A DNA stretch of 32,000 nucleotides. Origin: Opitutales bacterium. Its GTDB lineage: Bacteria; Verrucomicrobiota; Verrucomicrobiia; Opitutales; UBA9783. The DNA lies in contig JBKSMP010000028.1 of NCBI GenBank assembly GCA_046881885.1, positions 30,001 through 62,000 of the forward strand. Reading direction: 5' to 3'. A program made the position numbers and the translations under genes. Shown here one piece after another: positions 1 to 7,198 of the stretch. Position 1 is the first letter of the stretch; each line of letters opens with the position of its first letter. Under the pieces are notes generated by a model. The model was not told the origin of the DNA. It was given only the letters and a program-made list of their open reading frames with translations, and ran no database searches.

Positions 1-1
1 T

Positions 2-583
2 TTGCTTTATAATGCCGATTGTGTTCCGGTTGGAGAAGATCAAAAGCAACATGTCGAATTAACGCGCGATTTGGCTGTTAAATTCAATCAAACGTATTCC
101 GAAACCTTCAAATTGCCTGAACCTTACATTTTGAAGACTTGTGCTCGTGTATTTTCTTTGCAAAATCCAGAGAAAAAAATGTCTAAATCTGAGCCGAATC
201 CCAAAGGTGTTGTTTTCCTGTTTGAGTCGGAGGATGAAATTCGAAAGAAGTTTAAGTCAGCAGTTACAGATTCGGGTAGTGGAATTTATTGTGCGCCAGA
301 AAAGCCTGGAATTACCAATTTAATTGAGATATTTGCTGCTATTACCGATCAAACGATCGAAGCAATAGAAGCTCAATACGGTTCTTATAATTACGGTGAT
401 TTTAAGAATTGTGTTGCGGAAGCTGTTATAGAACATTTGAAACCGTTGCAAGCACGTTATGCGGAATTGGTAAAGGATCGTAGCTATTTGGAATCCATTT
501 TAGCGGCAGGAAAGGCTACTGCACAAGCTCGAGCTTCCAAAATGATGGCAAAAGTTTATCGTAAAGTAGGAATGCTTCCTTGA
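2..583 (+). CDS. trpS: Tryptophanyl-tRNA synthetase, C-terminal part (5' end outside window)
   Basis: The ORF is open to the window start. It carries the class I aaRS KMSKS loop (KKMSKSEP) and the TrpRS-typical segment VPVGEDQKQHVELTRDLA. Confidence 0.9.
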   Translation: MLYNADCVPVGEDQKQHVELTRDLAVKFNQTYSETFKLPEPYILKTCARVFSLQNPEKKMSKSEPNPKGVVFLFESEDEIRKKFKSAVTDSGSGIYCAPEKPGITNLIEIFAAITDQTIEAIEAQYGSYNYGDFKNCVAEAVIEHLKPLQARYAELVKDRSYLESILAAGKATAQARASKMMAKVYRKVGMLP

Positions 584-586
584 TCC

Positions 587-1039
587 ATGAAGCGCTTGGA
601 ACGAGGTTTTACACTTATTGAATTACTTATTGTATTGCTGATAATTACTTCCATAATGGGCTTATTGTTCCCATTGGGTAATCATTTAACTAAAAAGTCT
701 CTACAATTAAGCGTGCAAGCAGATGTGGTGCGTTATCAGAATGCCTTTTTAGATTATTTCGAGGCTTTTGATGCCTACCCAGAGGGTTTTCCAGAGGATG
801 CTTGGTTTGACTTGACACAGTATTTTTCCTCATTTGTAAACTTTTTTACGGCAAAAACGGAAAATCGTTCCAATTTTTGTCGTTTTACTGCACAGGAAAT
901 TCAAGAAAAACAGTATCCACATCCAGTTAAATTGCATTTTTTCTTATGTAAAGAGAAGGATGTTTCGGATGCCTTGAAAGGACATCCTGGAAAAACGATA
1001 CAAGGTACACAAGTGCTTTATGTGATCGAATTTGAATAA
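587..1039 (+). CDS. Prepilin-type N-terminal cleavage/methylation domain protein (pseudopilin-like), 150 aa
   Basis: The N-terminus MKRLERG|FTLIELLIVLLII is a canonical prepilin peptidase site (G-1, F+1, E+5) followed by a hydrophobic helix. The ATG lies 3 nt after the trpS stop codon. The rest of the protein is not recognisable. Confidence 0.8.
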   Translation: MKRLERGFTLIELLIVLLIITSIMGLLFPLGNHLTKKSLQLSVQADVVRYQNAFLDYFEAFDAYPEGFPEDAWFDLTQYFSSFVNFFTAKTENRSNFCRFTAQEIQEKQYPHPVKLHFFLCKEKDVSDALKGHPGKTIQGTQVLYVIEFE

Positions 1040-1046
1040 GGATTGT

Positions 1047-1078
1047 TTTGAGGGGTTTTTTGTAAAAAATCCCTCAAA
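1047..1078. terminator. Near-perfect 32-nt palindrome/hairpin downstream of the pseudopilin gene
   Basis: tttgagggGTTTTT-tgta-AAAAATccctcaaa has outer arms tttgaggg/ccctcaaa plus an inner T/A stem. No clean trailing U-tract follows, so terminator function is inferred from its position between convergent genes. Confidence 0.45.
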
Positions 1079-1100
1079 CTCCCTTAAAACTTTTCATTAT

Positions 1101-1119
1101 TTTGCAACAATGTTGCAAA
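1101..1119. repeat. Perfect 19-bp palindrome tttgcaaca-a-tgttgcaaa
   Basis: Read directly from the sequence: 9-bp arms around a single central base, in the convergent spacer between the pseudopilin gene and tadA. Function is unknown (operator or hairpin). Confidence 0.6.
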
Positions 1120-1146
1120 AAGTAAAAATTTTTGAAGGAGGTTAGG

Positions 1147-1172
1147 AGGAAACTTTTTATAAAAAGTTTCCT
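1147..1172. terminator. Hairpin immediately downstream of the tadA stop
   Basis: The arms aggaaacttttt / aaaaagtttcct are separated by 2 nt, so the effective stem is 10-11 bp. On the plus strand it is followed by cttttaatgtttt. It abuts the tadA stop codon at 1176-1178. Confidence 0.45.
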
Positions 1173-1175
1173 CTT

Positions 1176-1685
1176 TTAATGTTTTCTTCGCAATTTAAAG
1201 AAGGTTTTTATCATGTCTTCACAAATGCCTTCTAGGGGTTCGTAATCAACCTGTACTTGATGGTAAAGGTGTAAGCTGGTATTAAAATGAATGCGGCCTC
1301 CTAAACAGCCTTGGATTGCGTCAAAAGCTCCAAGAACGACTCGCGGAATGCGCGATTTATAGATAGCTCCACTACACATAGGACAGGGTTCTTTTGTAAC
1401 ATAAAGGGTAAGGTCCGACAAACGCCAATCACCTTTTTTTTGTGACAAATAACGAATAATTTCCATTTCAGCATGAGCGGTTGCATCTTTTTTCGCTTCG
1501 ACACAATTGTAGGCTCGTGCAACGATTTCCCCATTGATGACCCCAACTGCGCCAATAGGAATTTCGCCCAAATGCCAAGCTTTTAAAGCTTCATTAAAGG
1601 CACAACGCATGAAAAAAATGTCGTTGTTGGAAGTGGAAACGGTTTCTTCAAAAGATAAAAATGGACATTTTGGAATGAATTGCAT
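1176..1685 (-). CDS. tadA: tRNA-specific adenosine deaminase (CMP/dCMP deaminase fold)
   Basis: Zinc-binding motifs HAEMEII and TKEPCPMCSGAI are present, along with the N-terminal helix FMRCAFNEALKAW..IPIGAV typical of TadA. Length is 169 aa. Confidence 0.85.
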   Translation of the reverse strand: MQFIPKCPFLSFEETVSTSNNDIFFMRCAFNEALKAWHLGEIPIGAVGVINGEIVARAYNCVEAKKDATAHAEMEIIRYLSQKKGDWRLSDLTLYVTKEPCPMCSGAIYKSRIPRVVLGAFDAIQGCLGGRIHFNTSLHLYHQVQVDYEPLEGICEDMIKTFFKLRRKH

Positions 1686-1765
1686 GAAAAGTATTGTATT
1701 TTATTATTTTGTTTAGTATACTTTTAGAAACAATTTGAGTTTTTACAACAACATTTTGGACACTT

Positions 1766-4081
1766 ATGTTAAAAACAACGATAAAAATAGTACTGGCATT
1801 TATAGTATTGCCCTTTTTATGGCACTGGTCTTCACGCTTTGATTGTATTCGGCGTTTAGAAGAGTCAACCTTGCAACTACGTTATTTTTTACGTGGGGAT
1901 TTGAACGAGGAAAAACTTGCCCAAAAGACATCCAAGGCCATTCCCAATGTTGTTTTCGTTACGATGGATCAGAGTTCTTTAAAACAAATAGGGGAGGCGC
2001 CTATTCCATTGAGTTTTTATGCGAAAACGATGTATGCCTTACAAAAGTATTCGAAGTTATCGGTTTTAGTTTCAGATGTTTTCTTTTTTAACAAACATTA
2101 TTCTACCTTAGTCGATGAACAGAAGGTTATTTCCGATAAAATGACGTCTTTGCATTTTTTACGCCAAACGCCTAAATGTGTTTTGGGAGCTTTATTTAAT
2201 TGCGTAGGGGATTTTGACCAAACCTACTTGATGCATGAAAGGCCTTTGCCGCTTATTATGCGCGGATTTGAAAATTTTGAAATTTTGAAATTCCCTCTTT
2301 GTCCACCTAATGATATTGTTGGTGATGATACGAAATTGGGTCTTTTAAATACGTCTATTTCTAATGATCCTAAGGATCGTGTTCGTTGGATGCCTTTGTT
2401 TGGAAGGGTTCAAAATCACATTTATTATGCCTTGGGCCTAGAAGCTTTCCAAAAGTATAGTTACCCTGAAAGTATGATCGATATTTTTGGGGATGATGCG
2501 GAAAGTGAAACCTATGAAGGAGAACATTTGTTGCTTTTCTTGGATAAGGATGTTAGTGTTTTACATAAAATACCACTCATTAAAAGGCAATTAATGGAAA
2601 TTAATTGGTTTTCTTCATGGAAATCTAATAAAGATAAAAAAGTTAATCTGGTTCAAGTATTAAAGTATTTTAATGTTTTGGAAAATACGACAAGTACAAA
2701 GGAGGAAAAGCAAGAAGCCAACCAATTTTTTAAGCAATTCGATAATGCGGTTGTATTTTTAGGTAATACATTTGATGAAAAATTATATGGGATTCGTTCT
2801 TTAGGAGAATCTGAAGAAGTTCCATCTATTACTGCTCATGCGAATTTGTTTAAAACCCTTTATTGGGAAAATTACATTACACATTTGCCGGAATGGAGTA
2901 ATTTCCTAATCATTTTCTTACTTAATTTCTTTGTGGCGAGTTTGACTTTGTACGGAGAAATATTTTTAAAATTTACCCGCTTGTTTGTTGGCTTAATTGT
3001 AACTTACTTTTTGTTAACTTTTTATTTATTTGGCGTTGCTACTCCTACTTTGCATTTATTCCTACCTATTGTTGGGCCATTGGGGGCCATATCTACATTT
3101 TGGGCCTTAGGAACTTTTTATCAACTTGTTATCGAACGTCGTCAACGGAATCGCTTGAAAAGCATTTTTGGAAATTATTTGTCGCCGGAGTTGGTTTCAA
3201 CTATGCTGGAGCAGCAAAATGATCCTCAATTAGGTGGCGTTGAAAGGAATTTAACAGCTTATTTTAGTGATATTCAGAATTTTTCGACCTTTTCGGAATT
3301 ATTACCACCAGAACTTCTTGTTACCTTGATGAATGAATATTTAACAGAAGTAACAAATGTGGTTATTGAAGAAGGTGGAACATTGGATAAGTACATTGGT
3401 GATGCTGTTGTAGCGATGTTTGGTGCTCCTTTTGATTTGGAGAATCACCCGCTTAAAGCTTGTATCGCTGCTTGTAGAATTCAAGAAAAACAAAGTGTTT
3501 TACGTGAACGCTGGATGCGAGATGGTCGCTCTTGGCCACAAGAAATTTTTAGTATGCGTACACGTATCGGCTTATGTTCTGGAAATGCGGTTGTGGGCAA
3601 TATGGGTTCTTCTTCTCGTTTTAATTTTACGATGATGGGAGATACCGTCAATATTGCTGCTCGTTGTGAATCCGGTGCGAAAGCTTTTGGTGTTTACACT
3701 TTAGTTTGCGAAGATACCTATAAAGAAATTTTGCAAGTACCTAATTCGCTCGTTTTTCGTTTTATTGATCGTATTGTTGTTAAAGGTCGTCAACAGCCTT
3801 TAGGTGTTTACGAACTTTTAGGCATGAAACATCAATTAAAAGAAAAAACCATTGATTGTGTTGGCGTTTTTGAGCAGGGGATTCATTTTTATCTATCTCA
3901 AGATTGGGATAAAGCAATAGATTGTTTTCAACGGTCCTCAGACCTTGAACCGACGATTCCTGGACGTGACTTGGGAATCTTTACGAACCCATCTCTCGTA
4001 TTGCTAGAACGTTGTCAACATTTGAAAATCAATCCTCCAGGAGATAGTTGGAATGGAGTTTTTGTCATGAACTCGAAATAG
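1766..4081 (+). CDS. CHASE2 sensor domain / multi-TM / class III adenylate cyclase, 771 aa
   Basis: There is an N-terminal TM helix, a ~350-aa extracytoplasmic region, and a TM cluster (FLIIFLLNFFVASL...). The cyclase core follows: YFSDIQNFS, LDKYIGDAVVAMFGAP, RIGLCSGNAVVGNMGS, FTMMGDTVNIAARCES. The C-terminus has a TPR-like tail. Confidence 0.85.
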   Translation: MLKTTIKIVLAFIVLPFLWHWSSRFDCIRRLEESTLQLRYFLRGDLNEEKLAQKTSKAIPNVVFVTMDQSSLKQIGEAPIPLSFYAKTMYALQKYSKLSVLVSDVFFFNKHYSTLVDEQKVISDKMTSLHFLRQTPKCVLGALFNCVGDFDQTYLMHERPLPLIMRGFENFEILKFPLCPPNDIVGDDTKLGLLNTSISNDPKDRVRWMPLFGRVQNHIYYALGLEAFQKYSYPESMIDIFGDDAESETYEGEHLLLFLDKDVSVLHKIPLIKRQLMEINWFSSWKSNKDKKVNLVQVLKYFNVLENTTSTKEEKQEANQFFKQFDNAVVFLGNTFDEKLYGIRSLGESEEVPSITAHANLFKTLYWENYITHLPEWSNFLIIFLLNFFVASLTLYGEIFLKFTRLFVGLIVTYFLLTFYLFGVATPTLHLFLPIVGPLGAISTFWALGTFYQLVIERRQRNRLKSIFGNYLSPELVSTMLEQQNDPQLGGVERNLTAYFSDIQNFSTFSELLPPELLVTLMNEYLTEVTNVVIEEGGTLDKYIGDAVVAMFGAPFDLENHPLKACIAACRIQEKQSVLRERWMRDGRSWPQEIFSMRTRIGLCSGNAVVGNMGSSSRFNFTMMGDTVNIAARCESGAKAFGVYTLVCEDTYKEILQVPNSLVFRFIDRIVVKGRQQPLGVYELLGMKHQLKEKTIDCVGVFEQGIHFYLSQDWDKAIDCFQRSSDLEPTIPGRDLGIFTNPSLVLLERCQHLKINPPGDSWNGVFVMNSK

Positions 4082-4225
4082 ATATTTATCAAAATTGTAC
4101 CTGTAGGCATTTTTATCATATGTTAGAAAAAATTTATATTTAAAACTGCATTAAATATCTTAAAAAATAAAGATTAATAAGATTTTAAAGGTGTTTTTCA
4201 GATTTTTTATTTATGTAAAACGTTG

Positions 4226-4234
4226 TGGTATAAT
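4226..4234 (+). promoter_or_regulatory. Extended -10 element TGGTATAAT
   Basis: TGnTATAAT matches the extended -10 consensus and lies 20 nt upstream of the ATG at 4254. This argues against the annotated GTG at 4191 as the start. No clear -35 or SD is visible. Confidence 0.3.
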
Positions 4235-4253
4235 ATATGCTTTGTTTAATAAT

Positions 4254-4796
4254 ATGAAATATTTATTTAAATCATTATCCGTTATAATTATTATTTTTAA
4301 TTTTATTGCATGTTCTATTTTTGCCGAAAAAAATGAGGAACCATTTGGAGAAAATCACGAAAAAATTTGGGACAGTAAAAGCAGTAACGAAATTTTTGAA
4401 AAAGATAAATTAAAACTTCAAATAGAAGAATTTAAAAAACATTTAAATGTTGTGACAGATAAGCTAAGTGAAGAAGCACTGCAGAGGGTGCTATCTCATG
4501 AGATAATTTTAGGAACTACTTACTCAGACCGACAGGGAAGAGATTGTACGGATCTCCTGAATTATATGTTTAAGGAAAAATTGCCTCAAGAAATTGAAAT
4601 ATATTTAAAAGAAAAGGATCTTTACTGTAATAAGAAAATTATCCTAGATTTTGTTGAAGCGTTTTGTCCTGAAAATGAGCAGTCTTTCCCTTGTGGAATG
4701 ACTAAGCGCTATTATTTTGGTCGATTTGATTTTCCCGATGTCTATCCGACACTTTGCAACACTCTTGTTAATATGTTTACTGCTAAACGTGATTAA
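4254..4796 (+). CDS. Hypothetical exported protein (signal peptide or possible lipoprotein), about 180 aa, Cys-containing
   Basis: The start is moved to ATG 4254, giving MKYLFKSLSVIIIIFNFIACSIFA|EKN as a signal peptide. The mature part is Lys/Glu-rich with 6 Cys. The gene is very AT-rich. I recognise no family. Confidence 0.55.
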   Translation: MKYLFKSLSVIIIIFNFIACSIFAEKNEEPFGENHEKIWDSKSSNEIFEKDKLKLQIEEFKKHLNVVTDKLSEEALQRVLSHEIILGTTYSDRQGRDCTDLLNYMFKEKLPQEIEIYLKEKDLYCNKKIILDFVEAFCPENEQSFPCGMTKRYYFGRFDFPDVYPTLCNTLVNMFTAKRD

Positions 4797-4835
4797 TTTT
4801 TTTTAGTTTTTTAGAATAATACTGACGCAAATCAA

Positions 4836-4866
4836 AGAAGGCTACATGTAAACCCCGTGGCCTTCT
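4836..4866 (+). terminator. Weak hairpin after the hypothetical gene
   Basis: agaaggc(tac)...(gtg)gccttct forms about 10 bp including one G-U pair, with an 11-nt loop. It is followed by attgtgttt. Confidence 0.3.
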
Positions 4867-4963
4867 ATTGTGTTTAGGGGTAATACAAAATGGAATTAAT
4901 CATCAATGAGGTATATTTAAAATGCAGCTTTAAAACTAAAATATATGTCTTTAAATATAAAAC

Positions 4964-4992
4964 TTGTTTTTCAAATTGAAAATCTTTATAAT
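4964..4992 (+). promoter_or_regulatory. Sigma70-like promoter: TTGTTT, 17 nt, TATAAT
   Basis: The -35 TTGTTT is at 4964-4969 and a perfect -10 TATAAT is at 4987-4992, with a 17-nt spacer. The predicted TSS falls at about 4998-5000, at the GTG start of sctS. Confidence 0.35.
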
Positions 4993-4998
4993 TGAAAC

Positions 4999-5271
4999 GT
5001 GGACCAATCAACTGTTGTAGATTTATCGGCGAAGGCGATGCAATTAGTATTGTTATTGTCGTTGCCGTCTATTTTATTAGCAACATTTGTTGGACTGGGG
5101 GTAAGTTTACTACAAGCTTTGACGCAAGTTCAAGAGCAAACGCTTAGTTTTGCAGTTCGTCTTATCTGTATAACGGTAGTTATTATGGTTACTGCACATT
5201 GGATGGGAACTTCATTAACCCAATATATGGATACGATATTTCTCCAAATCCAACATTGGACAGGTAGGTAA
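4999..5271 (+). CDS. sctS: Type III secretion export apparatus protein SctS/FliQ family, 90 aa
   Basis: It has two TM helices and the family signature LLQALTQVQEQTLSF. The length and N-terminal lead-in match the family. The start is GTG. An injectisome versus flagellar origin is not distinguishable by eye. Confidence 0.85.
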   Translation: MDQSTVVDLSAKAMQLVLLLSLPSILLATFVGLGVSLLQALTQVQEQTLSFAVRLICITVVIMVTAHWMGTSLTQYMDTIFLQIQHWTGR

Positions 5272-6063
5272 ATGTCAGAGCAAATACAACCGCTTTTGGA
5301 TTTTATGATGGTTCTAATGGTTTGCTGTAGCCGAATTCTTGGGTTTTGTTCTATATCTATTTTCTTTTCTTCTCAGTATTTAACAGGAACCGTTAGACGT
5401 GCGATCATTCTTGCCTTGTCTCTGCTTGTTTTACCTAAGTTTTATGCAGATGCTTACACCTTACTTTATAAAGATCAGCTTGTTTTTTTTGGATTTGCTT
5501 TAAAGGAGGTTTTATTGGGAATCATTATCGGTTGGTTGACCAATTTTATTTTTTATGCTGCACAATGTGTCGGGTTTCTTATCGATAGCCAACGGGGAGC
5601 TTCTATGGCGAGTATGTTTGATCCCTTATCGAATTCACAAACAAGCCCTTTGGGAGATTTTCTTATAAAATTTGTTATGATCATTTCTTTTATTTGTGGA
5701 GCTTTTCTGGGAATTATGGAATTGCTCTATGTTAGTTTTGAGCAAATACCTATATTTTCAAATATCAATCTTTTTCCATCTTGGGGTACCCTATTTTTTA
5801 ATGTTCAAATGGGGACGCAACTGTTTGAGAAAATCTTACTTTTAGGGGGGCCTGTTTTCTTTCTTTTATTTTTGGCAGAATTTGGTTTGGGATTAATTAC
5901 ACGTTTTGCACCTCAATTGAATGTGTTTTTCCTTGCAATGCCTGTCAAAAGTGAACTCGCAATGTTTTTCTTTATTTTATATTTGTCGTATTTGGCGCGC
6001 TATTTTTGTTTTACCTTTAATGATCATATGTTAGCTGACAAATTTATTAAACTTTTGTTATAG
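5272..6063 (+). CDS. sctT: Type III secretion export apparatus protein SctT/FliR family, 263 aa
   Basis: It is a polytopic membrane protein of the right size. Its ATG directly abuts the sctS stop (TAAATG). Its position between the S and U homologs supports the call. Confidence 0.8.
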   Translation: MSEQIQPLLDFMMVLMVCCSRILGFCSISIFFSSQYLTGTVRRAIILALSLLVLPKFYADAYTLLYKDQLVFFGFALKEVLLGIIIGWLTNFIFYAAQCVGFLIDSQRGASMASMFDPLSNSQTSPLGDFLIKFVMIISFICGAFLGIMELLYVSFEQIPIFSNINLFPSWGTLFFNVQMGTQLFEKILLLGGPVFFLLFLAEFGLGLITRFAPQLNVFFLAMPVKSELAMFFFILYLSYLARYFCFTFNDHMLADKFIKLLL

Positions 6064-6066
6064 CAA

Positions 6067-7134
6067 ATGAGTGAGAAAACCGAACAACCTACACCTAAAA
6101 AGATTCGCGATGCGCGTAAGAAAGGACAAGTTGCCAATAGCAAGGACGTTACTTCAACGGCATTATTGATCATTATTTTTACCTATTTTGGTTTGCGGCG
6201 CGAATATCTAATCGACACCATGATGGAATTAATTGTTGCACCTACACGTTTTTTTAAGGAACCTTTTGAAGAAGCCTGGTTTGAAGTTTTTTGTATAGGT
6301 TTGATGGCATGTGTAAAAGTGGTACTACCGCTTGTGTTACTCGTTTTTTGCACGGCAGTTATGGCCAATGTTTTGCAGATTGGCTTATTGCTTTCCGGAG
6401 AATCTATAAAGCCGGATCTCAATAAATTAAATCCTATGTCAAAGGTAAAACAGATTTTTTCAATAAAAAACTTAATTGAATTTCTAAAATCTGCGGCAAA
6501 AATTATTTTTTTAGGGGTCTTACTTTACTTTGTTATCCGTAATACAATTGATCCTTTGATTAAAATTCCTTTTACACGTGTTAAAGATTTTATAACTATT
6601 TTACCGGGTATTATGAAAACTTTTGCAATGAATGTGGGCTTCGCTTACGTTGTTGTAGCTTTTTTAGATTTCATCTTTCAGCGTCATAATCACATAAAGC
6701 AGCTTATGATGACTAAGGATGAAGTAAAACGTGAATATAAGGAGTCTGAAGGTGATCCACAGATTAAAGGTAAGCGTAAACAATTCCATCGAGAGTTACT
6801 TCAAGGGGGGCCGGCTCAAAAAACGAAAAAAGCTTCAGCTCTTGTTGTGAATCCGACGCACTATGCGATAGCGCTTTATTACAATGAAATTATAACGCCT
6901 TTGCCAATTGTTTTAGCAAAAGGAATTGATTTTCAGGCGCAAATTATGAAAAAAGTTGCACGTGAATTTAATGTGCCTATTATGGAAAATGTTCCTTTGG
7001 CCCATGCTTTATATGATTTAGCTGAGGAAGGTCGTTACATTCCTCGAGAATTGATTGAACCTGTAGCGCACGTTATTCGTTGGGTTCAAGAGAAAAAAGA
7101 AGAGGAACAAGCTGCCCTGGAAGAGAGTTTTTAG
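6067..7134 (+). CDS. sctU: Type III secretion substrate-specificity switch protein SctU/FlhB family, 355 aa
   Basis: The N-terminus is MSEKTEQPTPKKIRDARKKGQVANSKD, followed by 4 TM segments. The linker MTKDEVKREYKESEGDPQIKGKRKQ and the NPTH autocleavage motif (LVVNPTHYAIALYY) are present. Confidence 0.9.
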   Translation: MSEKTEQPTPKKIRDARKKGQVANSKDVTSTALLIIIFTYFGLRREYLIDTMMELIVAPTRFFKEPFEEAWFEVFCIGLMACVKVVLPLVLLVFCTAVMANVLQIGLLLSGESIKPDLNKLNPMSKVKQIFSIKNLIEFLKSAAKIIFLGVLLYFVIRNTIDPLIKIPFTRVKDFITILPGIMKTFAMNVGFAYVVVAFLDFIFQRHNHIKQLMMTKDEVKREYKESEGDPQIKGKRKQFHRELLQGGPAQKTKKASALVVNPTHYAIALYYNEIITPLPIVLAKGIDFQAQIMKKVAREFNVPIMENVPLAHALYDLAEEGRYIPRELIEPVAHVIRWVQEKKEEEQAALEESF

Positions 7135-7148
7135 AAAAGTATATCTAA

Positions 7149-7171
7149 AAACCTGCCGTTACAGCAGGTTT
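7149..7171. terminator. Bidirectional rho-independent terminator
   Basis: aaacctgc-cgttaca-gcaggttt forms an 8-bp stem with a 7-nt loop. An A-run precedes it and a T-run follows, so it works on both strands. It sits between convergent sctU and the sensor kinase gene. Confidence 0.6.
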
Positions 7172-7198
7172 AGATTTGTTAAGACTCTAATAAAAAGA

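Noticed and set aside
141-323. This and many similar 60-140-aa ORFs from the track are nested in or antisense to longer genes. Examples are 1301-1555, 1534-1716, 1843-2091, 3420-3635, 6183-6422, 7900-8103, 8256-8441, 8517-8735, 11857-12126, 15298-15549, 18429-18848, 19517-20391, 20577-20825, 24832-25158, 25425-25899 and 29006-29537.
   Set aside because: Each lies entirely inside a well-supported gene in another frame or strand. Each has a compositionally odd translation and no recognisable motifs. These are typical shadow ORFs of an AT-rich genome.
1134-1181. Strong SD-like GAAGGAGG/AGGAGGA tracts are followed by an 18-codon ATG ORF at 1179.
   Set aside because: The ATG is about 30 nt from the SD-like tracts, and the palindrome at 1147-1172 lies between them. 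The ORF is antisense to the tadA 3' end. It is not a credible gene. The SD-like tract is kept only as part of the spacer observation.
2268-2292. A short tandem repeat ttgaaaattttgaaattttgaaatt occurs here.
   Set aside because: It lies in-frame inside the cyclase gene, encoding FENFEILKF. It has only about 2.5 copies of an 8-9-mer and is not a regulatory or CRISPR-like repeat.
4890-4979. A 29-codon sORF (MELIINEVYLKCSFKTKIYVFKYKTCFSN) has an AGGGG 9 nt upstream and sits between the orphan gene and sctS.
   Set aside because: It is too short and AT-biased to distinguish from chance, and I cannot assess conservation. It also overlaps the putative sctS promoter -35. It is mentioned only in case ribosome profiling data exist.
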